From the NCBI GenBank assembly GCA_965213765.1, contig OZ243926.1, positions 2,370,971 to 2,434,970 on the forward strand: a stretch of 64,000 bases of DNA. The letters run 5' to 3'. How positions within the stretch are numbered: position 1 is the first letter of the stretch; each line of letters opens with the position of its first letter. Source of the DNA: Rhodospirillales bacterium. Lineage in GTDB: Bacteria; Pseudomonadota; Alphaproteobacteria; Rhodospirillales; UBA2165. Positions 17,755 to 26,713 of this stretch are shown one piece after another. The translations under genes were made by a program, and so were the position numbers. The notes below the pieces were generated by a model, which was not told the DNA's origin, searched no databases, and was given only the letters and a program-made list of their open reading frames with translations.

Positions 17755-18114
17755 ATGCCGGCGAGGGCACGCATCAGGATTGTTTCGGCCTGCCTTTTCG
17801 CGGGCCTGATTGCCGGCAGCCCGGCATGGGCCGGCTGCATATCGCAGTCGCTCGGCGCCATCACCGTCCACAACTGCAACGGCAAGCTCACCACCTCGCA
17901 GACCGTGGGCGCTACCACGGTGCATAGTTTCGACGGCAGGATCGGCCTGTCGCAGAGGATCGGGGATACCGCCGTGCACAGCATCGACGGTAAGACCGGC
18001 ACGTCACAGACCGTTGGGACCACCACGGTGCATAATTTCGACGGCAAGGCCGGCTTCTCGCAGACCATCGGCGGCATCACCGTCCACAGCGGCCCGCTGT
18101 TCGACGGCCGCTGA
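17755..18114 (+). CDS. Small lipoprotein with five ~18-aa tandem repeats
   Basis: GGAGGG RBS; signal peptide with lipobox AGSPAWAG-C. Repeats xSQxxGxxTVHxxDGKxG: CISQSLGAITVHNCNGKL, TSQTVGATTVHSFDGRIG, LSQRIGDTAVHSIDGKTG, TSQTVGTTTVHNFDGKAG, FSQTIGGITVHSG. Confidence 0.7.
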   Translation: MPARARIRIVSACLFAGLIAGSPAWAGCISQSLGAITVHNCNGKLTTSQTVGATTVHSFDGRIGLSQRIGDTAVHSIDGKTGTSQTVGTTTVHNFDGKAGFSQTIGGITVHSGPLFDGR

Positions 18115-18116
18115 CC

Positions 18117-18462
18117 GTGGTTTCGCCGAGCCGGCTTCTATCCTGCCGCGCGGCCCTCAAAGAATTGAGTATGACGAGGCTTCAGGAGAGTGGCGGCCGG
18201 GCAAACAGCCGGGCGGAGAACTCGCATCAGCCGTTTCGACGGCGACAAGGAGCCATGGCGCGGTTCCGGGATATCAAGACTCTACGGAAATTCGCCGCGG
18301 TGCACGCCTCGATCCGCAACCACTTCAATCCAGAACGCCATCTCATTCGCCGGGACATGTTCAAGACCCGCTGCGCTGCCGCTTTGGCCGAACGGCGGCA
18401 ACCCGCCGGCTAAATTCACAATCCGCACCGGTTAACCCGCATCCGCGCCATTTGCTCTGACA
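18117..18462 (+). mobile_element. IS6-family 3' fragment (transposase C-terminus plus right IR)
   Basis: ..RAALKEL..NSRAENSHQPFRRRQGAMARFRDIKTLRKFAAVHASIRNHFNPERHL..AALAERRQPAG; IR ttgctctgacaatgcc at 18447-18462. Confidence 0.85.
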
Positions 18463-18481
18463 ATGCCGCAGACTGCGCTAC

Positions 18482-18970
18482 TCAAACATCGATCCATTCG
18501 TCGCCAAGGCGCAGACGATGACCTATGTCGTTTTGCCGCCCAAGGGTCTGTTCGATGAAGCAACCCTTCTTTGCAGCGTCGATGAGTTTCTTCAGGTCAT
18601 CAACCGAGGCCTCGGAATCGATGTCGATATCGAAATCGAATCCAACCGGCTCGGTCTCGTAGGGCGCCCGCCCCCGCATCGTGCCGCGCCAGTGGCATTT
18701 GCCGGTGATGCTGACGTCGTTGACGGCGACGTCGAGGCGATTTGAAAACGTCCGGATTTGAGTCATCAAACACGTGATGAGCCCGGCGAAATAGGCCAGC
18801 GGTGGCGGAGCGGTCTCCTCACCCCCGTGAACACGGCCTTCGTCCGTCGCGAATTCATAGACTTTGTCGCTATTGCCTGGATGAACCGTCACTTCGTTGC
18901 GCATTTTGCCGACCGCCCGGGCTCGGGTTTCGATTATTACGTCAAAAGACCTTGTCTCGTTTTCGGTCAT
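18482..18970 (-). CDS. OsmC-family protein
   Basis: 162 aa with ..GGEETAPPPLAYFAGLITC.. and ..KGCFIEQTL.., typical of OsmC/Ohr-like proteins. Confidence 0.8.
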   Translation of the reverse strand: MTENETRSFDVIIETRARAVGKMRNEVTVHPGNSDKVYEFATDEGRVHGGEETAPPPLAYFAGLITCLMTQIRTFSNRLDVAVNDVSITGKCHWRGTMRGRAPYETEPVGFDFDIDIDSEASVDDLKKLIDAAKKGCFIEQTLGRQNDIGHRLRLGDEWIDV

Positions 18971-18991
18971 TTCTTTGTTCCCGCCTCCGGT

Positions 18992-19546
18992 TTATTTGGC
19001 CCGGCTCGCCGCTGTCGGCGCCTTGAATTCCGTACCGGCGTCGAATGTCCATTCAGAGAATATGTCAGGCCCGACCTCAAACTCCCGGGTTTGCCACTTC
19101 TCCGTCATGATGTCCTCATCAGCGCAATATTCCAGCGCACCGCCCAGCGGACTGCGGAAATACCAAAAGCAAGCCGAGGAGATATAGTGGCGGCCCGGAC
19201 CAACCTGGGTCTTCCAACCGCGCCGGGTCAGAAACTGACCGCCCCCGATCACCTCATGAATGTCCCGGACCTTGAACGCGAGATGGTTGAACCTGGGCTT
19301 GCGGCCAGCGGTGTTCATGACAAACAGGTTGTGATGATTGCCGCGCCGGGCGGCGCGCAGGAAGACGCCCCGTTTCCGGTAACGGTCCGTCGCCCGGAAG
19401 CCGAGCCGGTCGCCGTAGAACGCTTCCACCACTCTGAAATCCGGCACCCCGAGGACGATATGGCTGATGGTCTGCGGCGTGGCACGCTCGTAAAATGTTG
19501 CCGCGCGGTCGACGCGGACGTCGTTGCCGGGCACGTTGAAGGGCAA
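18992..19546 (-). CDS. VOC (glyoxalase/extradiol dioxygenase) family protein, C-terminal-domain-like
   Basis: ISHIVLGVPDFRVVEAFYGDRLGFRATD..FNHLAFKVRDIHEV; TTG start. Confidence 0.7.
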   Translation of the reverse strand: MPFNVPGNDVRVDRAATFYERATPQTISHIVLGVPDFRVVEAFYGDRLGFRATDRYRKRGVFLRAARRGNHHNLFVMNTAGRKPRFNHLAFKVRDIHEVIGGGQFLTRRGWKTQVGPGRHYISSACFWYFRSPLGGALEYCADEDIMTEKWQTREFEVGPDIFSEWTFDAGTEFKAPTAASRAK

Positions 19547-19550
19547 TGGG

Positions 19551-19925
19551 TCAGGGCTTCAATATCTCGCGGTGGGACACGCGGAATCCGATCCCGAGGC
19601 CCATGTCGTCGATCGTGCGAAGGGTTTCGTCAGCGGATTGGGTAACCGGGCGGTCGCGGGACAGCTCGTCGGCAATGGTTTTCAATTCACTTCTTCTTTC
19701 GACGCCCCAAATGACCTCCCGGATTGTGGACCCTGCATGCATGGGCGGCGGGAGACGCCGGTTGCCGATGGTCCGGACATCGACCCCCGATCCGTCGGCG
19801 CAAACGTAGTTCGCGCCGAACTTTCCGGACTTCACCCGTTCCAATCCCCAATCGTCCAAGAATTTTCTCGCGCTCGCTACGTTCCGGACTCCGAAAGTAA
19901 CGGCGTCGATCCCGGTGATGCTCAC
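19551..19925 (-). CDS. VOC family protein, N-terminal-domain-like
   Basis: GTG 19925 with a GGAGAG RBS; ITGIDAVTFGVRNVASARKFLDDWGL. Confidence 0.65.
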   Translation of the reverse strand: MSITGIDAVTFGVRNVASARKFLDDWGLERVKSGKFGANYVCADGSGVDVRTIGNRRLPPPMHAGSTIREVIWGVERRSELKTIADELSRDRPVTQSADETLRTIDDMGLGIGFRVSHREILKP

Positions 19926-19935
19926 GACCTCTCTC

Positions 19936-20355
19936 CTATTTGCGATTTCGAAAGATGATGCGGGCCTCGCGGCGCCGCAATTTCCAGCCGTCGTCGGTGC
20001 GTGCGAAGTCTTCGTGATACTCCCCGACAACGAACGGGCCCTCCAACGGATAGGGCGGGTCCTCGTCACCGCCATAGAGGTAGAGGGTGTAATAGGTGAG
20101 ACCTTTGGCTGAGTCCCGGTCGATGATCTCGATTTCCGTTGGGGTCACGAAGTGCCGGGTCTTGTTGGGCGGCGTGGATTTTAGCCACTCGATAAAAGCG
20201 TCCACGAGAAGTTCTTCTCCCAAGCGTACGTACGTGGCATCCGGTGTCATCAGGCCGGCAAGTTCGTCGTGGCTCCGTGAATCCTGCAGCCGACCGAAAC
20301 GCACGGATACGGACTGGCAAGCGTCCTTGATGGCCAAAATCTCGTTCTGGTTCAT
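19936..20355 (-). CDS. SnoaL-like / NTF2-fold protein
   Basis: MNQNEILAIKDACQSVSVRFGRLQD.. 139 aa; fold-family call made from composition and pattern only. Confidence 0.55.
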   Translation of the reverse strand: MNQNEILAIKDACQSVSVRFGRLQDSRSHDELAGLMTPDATYVRLGEELLVDAFIEWLKSTPPNKTRHFVTPTEIEIIDRDSAKGLTYYTLYLYGGDEDPPYPLEGPFVVGEYHEDFARTDDGWKLRRREARIIFRNRK

Positions 20356-20371
20356 GGGGTGTCCTTTCGCA

Positions 20372-21274
20372 TTACAGCGCGCTCGCGCGGAGATCCAATT
20401 TGCGGCGCAGGCGATCACCCATCAGATTGAGGGACAGCACCGTCAGGAACAGAACCAACGCCGGCATAAATGTAATATGCGGATCGGTATTTATGTCCGT
20501 GAAACCCTTGGCGATCATCCCGCCCCAGGTGGGTGTGGGAGGCGGGATGCCGACGCCGAGAAAGGACAGCGAGCCCTCGATCATGATGATGATCGACATA
20601 AAGGCGAGAATGTAGGTCAACTGCGGCAGCAGAATATTGGGCAACAACTCGCGCAACAGGATACGCAGGTCGGACGCGCCCTGGGCGCGGGCGGCCACGA
20701 CAAACTCCCGCTCCGCATAGACCAGGGTCGACGCCCTCGCGATCCGCGTGTTGGCCGGGATCGACGTGATAGCCAGGACAGCGATCAGGTTGACCAGATC
20801 GGCACCGGCGAAAAACAAAATTCCCATCGCCAGCACAATGTTCGGAAAGGCAAGGATCACGTCCATGGTGCCGACGATCAGGGATTCAACGGATCCCCGG
20901 TAATAGCCCGCCAGCATGCCGAGAGTCAGACCGACGATCATGCCTATCACCGGCGCGAAGAAGCCCACGGTAAGCGAAATGCGGGCGCCATGGATGACCC
21001 GGGAAAAGATGTCGCGGGCCAATACGTCCGTGCCGAACCAATACTCGGCACTGGGCCGCGACTTTAGATCGGTGAATTCGCTCGCCGTTGGATCGCGCAG
21101 CGGCAATACATCAGCAAATACGGCGACAAACAAGAGAGCCGCGACCCATGCGGCCGGCATCCAGAACCAGACGCCGAGCCGGTTGGCCGGAGCCGTCGAG
21201 GTGCGGCTGATGAACGGTTCGGGAGATTGCGTTTGCGGAACCGTCGCCGAGGCGCTCGTGGGAACCAATGTCAT
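20372..21274 (-). CDS. Peptide/nickel-type ABC transporter permease (DppC/OppC-like)
   Basis: EAA-loop region ..AARAQGASDLRILLRELLPN..; ATGA overlap with the upstream permease gene. Confidence 0.9.
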   Translation of the reverse strand: MTLVPTSASATVPQTQSPEPFISRTSTAPANRLGVWFWMPAAWVAALLFVAVFADVLPLRDPTASEFTDLKSRPSAEYWFGTDVLARDIFSRVIHGARISLTVGFFAPVIGMIVGLTLGMLAGYYRGSVESLIVGTMDVILAFPNIVLAMGILFFAGADLVNLIAVLAITSIPANTRIARASTLVYAEREFVVAARAQGASDLRILLRELLPNILLPQLTYILAFMSIIIMIEGSLSFLGVGIPPPTPTWGGMIAKGFTDINTDPHITFMPALVLFLTVLSLNLMGDRLRRKLDLRASAL

Positions 21275-22242
21275 GGCCGGATCCTCGGATCCAATGCGCC
21301 GTAGGTAAGATCGACGACGAAGTTGATCAGCACATAGGCGACGGCGATTAGGGCGACGATACCTTGCACCATCAAGACCTCGCGCGCGTGAACAGACTCG
21401 ACCAAGAGCGAGCCAACCCCAGGCAGGGCAAATATGGATTCGACGATCACCGCGCCGCTGATCAGGTTGCCGAGCTGAATGCCCACGATAGTGATCATAG
21501 TGAACGAAGAGGGCCTGAGTGCGTGCCGGATCAGGACGTAACCAACCGCCAAGCCCTTGGCTTTGGCCAAAGAAATGAAATCCTGCTGAAGGGTCGAGAT
21601 CATGTCGTTGCGCAGGACCCGGCTGAGGATCGGCCACTCGATCAACGCAAGGGCCAAAGCCGGCAAGATGAAGGACCTGAGATTGCCGAAGAGATCATGG
21701 GTGAGCGGCACGTAGCCGGTTGCCGGAAACCACTTGAGCAGGACGGCAAATAGGAACATCAGAACGATAGCGACTATGAAGCTGGGCGCGGCCAGGAACG
21801 CGAAAGTCATGGTGGTTAAAACGCGGTCGGTGAGCCTGCCGGCTCTGTAGGCCGCGATGACGCCGGCGGGAATCGCAAATAGCAGGGCCAGCACTTGTGC
21901 CATTACCAGCAGCTGGAGCGATACGGGCAGTCGTAATGCGATCGCGTCACTGACCGGCTCTCCGGTTTGGTAGGACTTCCCCAGGTCGCCGCTCAGCGCG
22001 TCACCGATCCATGCCGCATAGCGAACCACAAGGGGCCGATCGAGGCCCAAATCCTCTCGTATCGCCTCCACCGTCGCCTGGTCGGCGACCGTGCCGTCGG
22101 CTCCTGATCCGGCAATGGCGTCAGCCACGTCGCCGGGCAACAGGTTGATGAACAGAAAGCTCAACGCCGTGACCGCGAGGGTGATCGGGATCAGATGGAG
22201 CAGTTTTCGGCGGACATAGATTGCCACTCGGCTTATTCCCAA
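21271..22242 (-). CDS. Peptide/nickel-type ABC transporter permease (DppB/OppB-like)
   Basis: ..RKLLHLIPITLAVTALSFLFINLLPGD.. and ..LAKAKGLAVGYVLIRHALRPS.. Confidence 0.9.
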   Translation of the reverse strand: MGISRVAIYVRRKLLHLIPITLAVTALSFLFINLLPGDVADAIAGSGADGTVADQATVEAIREDLGLDRPLVVRYAAWIGDALSGDLGKSYQTGEPVSDAIALRLPVSLQLLVMAQVLALLFAIPAGVIAAYRAGRLTDRVLTTMTFAFLAAPSFIVAIVLMFLFAVLLKWFPATGYVPLTHDLFGNLRSFILPALALALIEWPILSRVLRNDMISTLQQDFISLAKAKGLAVGYVLIRHALRPSSFTMITIVGIQLGNLISGAVIVESIFALPGVGSLLVESVHAREVLMVQGIVALIAVAYVLINFVVDLTYGALDPRIRP

Positions 22243-22294
22243 TCAGTCCGACAGCAACAGCAAGGGCCAGCCGCCCGGTCAGTTTTGCGGTCGA

Positions 22295-23931
22295 TTATTT
22301 ATCCAACCATGCATCATGGAGACGCGAGATCGTCAACTCGGGCTTGGCCAGTCCCTTCACATGGCGGCCGGCGATGATTGCAAAGTTGTTGTGACTGCGG
22401 AACAGCACCGGCTGGTGTTTGACGACCGCGCGAACGTAATCGCAATACGCCGCCTTGCGCTTCGCCGGGTCCCGGAATGACCGCCAGGCACCCTCCAATG
22501 CGGCGTCAATCTCAGGCACATTGATTTTGGTAACGTTGGAGCGGTTCTTTGAGTGAAAGGCCTGCGCCTGAAGACCGGGGTCGACGGCTTCGGAGATCCC
22601 CACCAGCCAAGCGTCCCATTTGCCGCTGCGCAGCTCTCGAAAATAGGTCGGTCCCGGCGGCACAACCTTGAGTTCGACCTCGACTCCCAAGCGCTTCCAG
22701 AAGGTCTGGTGTATTTGGGCACCAACGATGAAGTTCTTTGTCGCCATCGTAACCATCTTGATCTTTACCGGTTTTCCGTAGGCGCCAAGCAATGCCTTGG
22801 CCTTGCCCGGATTAAATTCGGGATACCCCGTGGTGTTGCCGCAGCTCCACGACGATGCGGGGCTAAACCAATCGGTCGACGGCCTGCCAAATCCGTCATT
22901 GGCGGCCTTGATATCGACCATCCTGTTGACGCCGTGGGCGAGCGCCTTGCGCACCCGCAGATCGGCGAGCGCACCCCGTGAGGTATTGAACTCGATGGTC
23001 GTCGTCCCAAGGCCTTGCGTACTCGGATGTCGTCAAGCGGCGGCCGGGAATTGTCGAACGCGACAATACCCGCGCCCTGGTCCACCTGAGCGAACACCTC
23101 GATCGTCGGATCTTTTTCGGCGAGTTTGGCGAGTTTGCCTGAATTAGTGATATAGAGATCAATGTCGCCGGCTCTCAGCGCGTTGAGCCGCGCTTCTTCT
23201 TTTTGCAGCAGCGGCATGACGATCTTGTCGAGATATTGTTTTTCAGGATGCCGGTAATTGGGATTGCGGACCAACGTCAGGGAAACGCCCTGATCCCACG
23301 AATCCAGCATGTACGGACCGGTGCCGACAGGCAGCTTGGAGACGAACGGTCCCAACCCTCGGGCATGTTCGGGAGCATTGACCCAAAAAAACTGAAATGG
23401 TCCCGTGAGCGCTGAGCGAAACGCCGGATGAGGCCGCGACATCCGAAACTCGACGGTGTGATCGTCGAGCGCAACGACGTTCTCGAGTGGCCCGATCTGA
23501 CCGCGGATGAAACCGATCATCGGTCCCTTCACGGCACGCTTGAAATGATCCTCGAAGGCACGCGCGGTAAATGGCTCATCATTGGAGAACCTGACCCCCT
23601 TGCGCAGGGTGACGGTGAAGGTTTTCTGATCCGGTGAAGCTTCGAATTTGGTGCCAAGAATAGGCGCCAGCTTGCCGTCGCCGTCGAGGGAGAAAAGATC
23701 CTCGAAAATCGCCCGTTGAACATTAAGCTTCGTCGGAAAGACGTTTGGGTTGGTCGCTGTGTCGAAGCCGTTGAAATTCCTATTCATGGCGACACGCAGT
23801 GTCCCGCCTTGCTTGGGCTCGGCAATCGCTTCCGCTGCCCAGGTGAAGATGGTCATACCCGCCAACAATGCGATGGTGTAGGTGAAGGAGCGGGCTTTAG
23901 GCCGGCACGGAAGCCTATTTTCGTTCCACAT
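22295..23931 (-). pseudogene. Family-5 (peptide/nickel) ABC substrate-binding protein, disrupted near 22950-23010
   Basis: The N-terminal 309 aa (ORF 22765..23931) and the C-terminal 219 aa (ORF 22295..22954) lie in different frames. The ..F(D/N)..R..L.D(I/L)RVRKAL motif is present twice, in divergent form, at the junction. Confidence 0.8.
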
Positions 23932-24040
23932 CGAACAGACCTTGTTTTTAGAATCGTATACGATTTTTCTTGTACGGTATGACGAAATGAATCATTGTGT
24001 CCAGCGAAAACTGTCCGAAACGAAACAGAGTCCTGTACAT

Positions 24041-24706
24041 ATGGTGACGCGTGCAAACACAATTCGGGAGCTGCTGGAGCATGAAATAATCTCCGGCGAA
24101 CGTATGCCGGGAGATCGTCTCGATGAGCCTCAGCTAACCCGCCGGTTCGATGTGTCGCGGACACCCGTCCGCGAAGCGCTGGTCGAACTCGCGGCTGAAG
24201 GACTCGTCGAGATGCAGCCGCATAGGAGCGCAGTGGTCGCAGAGGTAAGCGTCGGCCGGGTCATCGAAATGTATGAGGTGCTCGCCAAATTGGAGGGGCT
24301 CAGTGCCCGGCTAGCCACCCGGCGTATGAAGGAAGACGAACGGAAAGAATTCAAAGCTGTGCACGCGAGGATTGGGCTGATGGTCGAGGCCAATGACCGG
24401 GATTCCTTCCCGGCTCTCAATAGGGAATTCCACAACCTGATTCATCAGGGGGCTCACAACGATGTTCTCAGCGAACAGATAAACGGCCTCAATAAACGGC
24501 TCACGCCTTATCGCAGAATTTATCGCGAGGAGCCGCACGACCTACGAACTCCCCATGAGGAACATGATGGCGTCGTGACGGCGATTATGAATCGGGATGA
24601 GGCCGCCGCCGAGCGGATCTTCAGTGATCACACAGCGCTACGTGCCGAGGCCATGACTGATTTTGTCGCCGCGTTCAAGCGCCGCTTCGAGAGGCAGCCG
24701 GCATAA
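24041..24706 (+). CDS. GntR-family (FadR-type) transcriptional regulator
   Basis: ..LTRRFDVSRTPVREALVELAAEGLVE.. wHTH followed by an FCD-like C-terminal domain; divergent from the ABC operon. Confidence 0.9.
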   Translation: MVTRANTIRELLEHEIISGERMPGDRLDEPQLTRRFDVSRTPVREALVELAAEGLVEMQPHRSAVVAEVSVGRVIEMYEVLAKLEGLSARLATRRMKEDERKEFKAVHARIGLMVEANDRDSFPALNREFHNLIHQGAHNDVLSEQINGLNKRLTPYRRIYREEPHDLRTPHEEHDGVVTAIMNRDEAAAERIFSDHTALRAEAMTDFVAAFKRRFERQPA

Positions 24707-24960
24707 CGCCACGGACTCAACACCGGCGTCCGGAATCCAAGGCGTACGGTTTCGGGCCGGAAGCCTCCAACGGACACCGGATATCGCCTGTTCGCTTCTA
24801 GCCGGAAGCGTACAGGAGGCCTATCTGGTCGGATGGAAAAGGGAACCACAGAAAGCTCGTCGAACCGAAACCTGCCGGCGGCGGTTGCGTCTTGGAATAC
24901 CGCCCCTAAACCCATAGGCTCCATTCGAGCAGTGGGTGTGCGACGGGCAGCCGGGATCAA

Positions 24961-25179
24961 ATGGCGGCAATGCAGAGTTCGGAAAGTCCAAGTGACGATC
25001 GAGAGCATGACCGCGTACAGACGGGTGGCTCGCTGCATGATAATTTCGTTCGCCAGGTGCAGGAGCTTCTCGATAAGAGCGATATATCCGAGGAAGACCG
25101 CCGGACCATACTGGCAAACATGTCCTGCCCCTGCTGCTGCGGCGGCGGCGCTTCAGTGAACATCAAACTCGGCGATTAG
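24961..25179 (+). CDS. Possible small Cys-cluster protein (72 aa)
   Basis: ..DNFVRQVQELLDKSDISEEDRRTILANMSCPCCCGGGASVNIKLGD. Codon pattern looks coding, but the RBS is weak and no family was recognised. Confidence 0.3.
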   Translation: MAAMQSSESPSDDREHDRVQTGGSLHDNFVRQVQELLDKSDISEEDRRTILANMSCPCCCGGGASVNIKLGD

Positions 25180-25182
25180 GCA

Positions 25183-25425
25183 TCAGCCGCGCCGTTTGCC
25201 GCGTAGTGTCCCGGTCGCCTCGGCGTCCAATGCCAGGGTTTCCGGATCGACGATGACGCCGTAATTCCGTTCCGCGGATTCGATGGAGACATAACCCTGC
25301 CGGACATCTTCGGCGACGATATCGGCCGGGCGGTCCAACGGGTCGCCAAAACCGCCGCCGCCACCGGACCTGAGCCGGAACGCCTCACCCTCCTTTAACT
25401 GGGCGGTCAATACCTTGGCGTTGGG
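25183..25425 (-). pseudogene. Hydantoinase B / oxoprolinase C-terminal stub
   Basis: ..GEAFRLRSGGGGGFGDPLDRPADIVAEDVRQGYVSIESAERNYGVIVD.. The 5' part is cut off by the IS6 remnant at 25426. Confidence 0.7.
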
Positions 25426-25940
25426 AAAATCCGGCGTCGTCCGAGCAATTGGCGCGGATGCGGGTTAACCGGTGCGGATTGTGAATTTAGCCGGCGGATT
25501 GCCGCCGTTCGGCCAAAGCGGCAGCGCGGCGGGTCTTGAACATGTCCCGGCGAATGAGATGGCGTTCTGGATTGAAGTGGTTGTCGATCGAGGCGTGCAC
25601 CGCGGCGAATTTCCGTAGAGTCTTGATATCCCGGAACCGCGCCATGGCTCCTTGTCGCCGTCGAAACGGCTGATGCGAGTTCTCCGCCCGGTTGTTTGCC
25701 CGGCCGCAAACACCGGCCCGAAGCGGTTCCACCGGAAACGAATTGTCTCGCGCCAGATATCGATACCGCGTTCGAACGGCAGATCTTCAAACCTACCCCG
25801 GCGACAACGGATACCGGACATACATCATCACTGTGCGGCGAATGATCCCGGGCGAACTATTGAAATAGCGGAAGGGGTGTTTCATCACCGGAGGCTAAGT
25901 AGCCCGCCCGCCAACCTCAACCCGATTTAGTCCGACAATG
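25426..25940 (-). mobile_element. Internally deleted IS6-family element with both IRs
   Basis: IRs ggcgtcgtccgagcaa (25428-) and agtccgacaatgcc (-25940). N-terminal MKHPFRYFNSSP.. and ..FERGIDIWRETIRFRWNRFGPVF are fused out of frame to ..NNRAENSHQPFRRRQGAMARF.. About 300 bp is near-identical, inverted, to 18160-18462. Confidence 0.85.
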
Positions 25941-26106
25941 CCGGCTGTGCAGCATGTTCGGCACTCTCCTGTGATCCGCCCCGGAGACCGATCCCACTCG
26001 AATGTCGGCCCGGAATTCTCACGAACAGGGTAGGCGGGCGGGAAGCGAGTTCGCGACCGCGTGCATGCATTGGCTGGGGCGGGACCGCCGCCGCCCCGCC
26101 CGCGGT

Positions 26107-26400
26107 TTAGGCGTCGGTCGCGTCGAAATGCCGGATGATCGGTGGTTCGGCGAGGGCCTCCATGAGCCGCTCGCTGGTACCCCTCTCCCGTTGCCAGGCT
26201 AGGTATTCTTCGTATTGCTCGCGGGTTTCCCAGACTTCCATCACCACCACATTGTCGGCGTCGTCGCTGTTCCGCAGTGCGTCGACGCTCGTGCAGCCCT
26301 CGTAAGCGCGCGTCTCGGGCAGGATCGACCTGAAGAACGCAATCAACTCGTCCCCGGTGCCGGGCTTCGCCTTGACTTCGAGAATCACTCTTGCAGCCAT
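26107..26400 (-). CDS. Antibiotic-biosynthesis-monooxygenase (ABM) domain protein
   Basis: MAARVILEVKAKPGTGDELIAFFRSILPETRAYEGC..VVVMEVWETREQYEEYLAW. Confidence 0.8.
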   Translation of the reverse strand: MAARVILEVKAKPGTGDELIAFFRSILPETRAYEGCTSVDALRNSDDADNVVVMEVWETREQYEEYLAWQRERGTSERLMEALAEPPIIRHFDATDA

Positions 26401-26521
26401 TTCAATGTCACTCCCTGATTGGTTGTAAGGCGCCGGCATTGCCGGTCCGTAAGTTATGATGGTTTCGCATCCGTCGCGCAACCGGAAAACCATGGGCGCC
26501 CGATCGGGCACGGAAGCCGGT

Positions 26522-26577
26522 TGGCCTGCCCCCGGTTAGTGGTCCACCGCTTAAGTTAGAGTTTGGCGCCGGTTGAG
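26522..26577 (+). repeat. Solo IS-end-like repeat (copy 1)
   Basis: tggcctgccccc..gtggtccaccgcttaagttagagtttggcgccggttgag is about 90 percent identical to 51230-51284. The TG..-type terminus is reminiscent of IS3-family IRs. Confidence 0.45.
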
Positions 26578-26592
26578 TTGATTTTCAGGCCG

Positions 26593-26634
26593 GGCGTTGT
26601 CAGAGCAACTAGCGTCAACTTGAGTAATCTGAAG
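26593..26634 (-). mobile_element. IS6-type terminal fragment (IR plus 25 nt), left half of a split end
   Basis: ggcgttgtcagagcaactagcgtcaacttgagtaatctgaag matches the uninterrupted copy at 17519-17560. It is continued at 38091-38160. Confidence 0.6.
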
Positions 26635-26664
26635 TCGTTGGTTCAAATCCTACCCCCGCAACCA
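26635..26664 (+). other. tRNA 3'-end-like remnant (T-arm, acceptor strand, CCA)
   Basis: tcgttGGTTCAAATCCtacccccgcaACCA. No matching 5' half or cloverleaf could be built upstream. Confidence 0.45.
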
Positions 26665-26713
26665 CTTCAAGCTATTGAAAATGTTGAATTTTTCGAGGGC
26701 TTATTATATTCGG

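Noticed and set aside
26593-26664. A complete tRNA gene at the island's left junction
   Set aside because: Only a T-arm/acceptor/CCA-like 3' part can be drawn. The upstream 40 nt is IS6 end sequence and provides no 5' acceptor strand, D-arm or anticodon stem. The T-stem also has a U-U mismatch.
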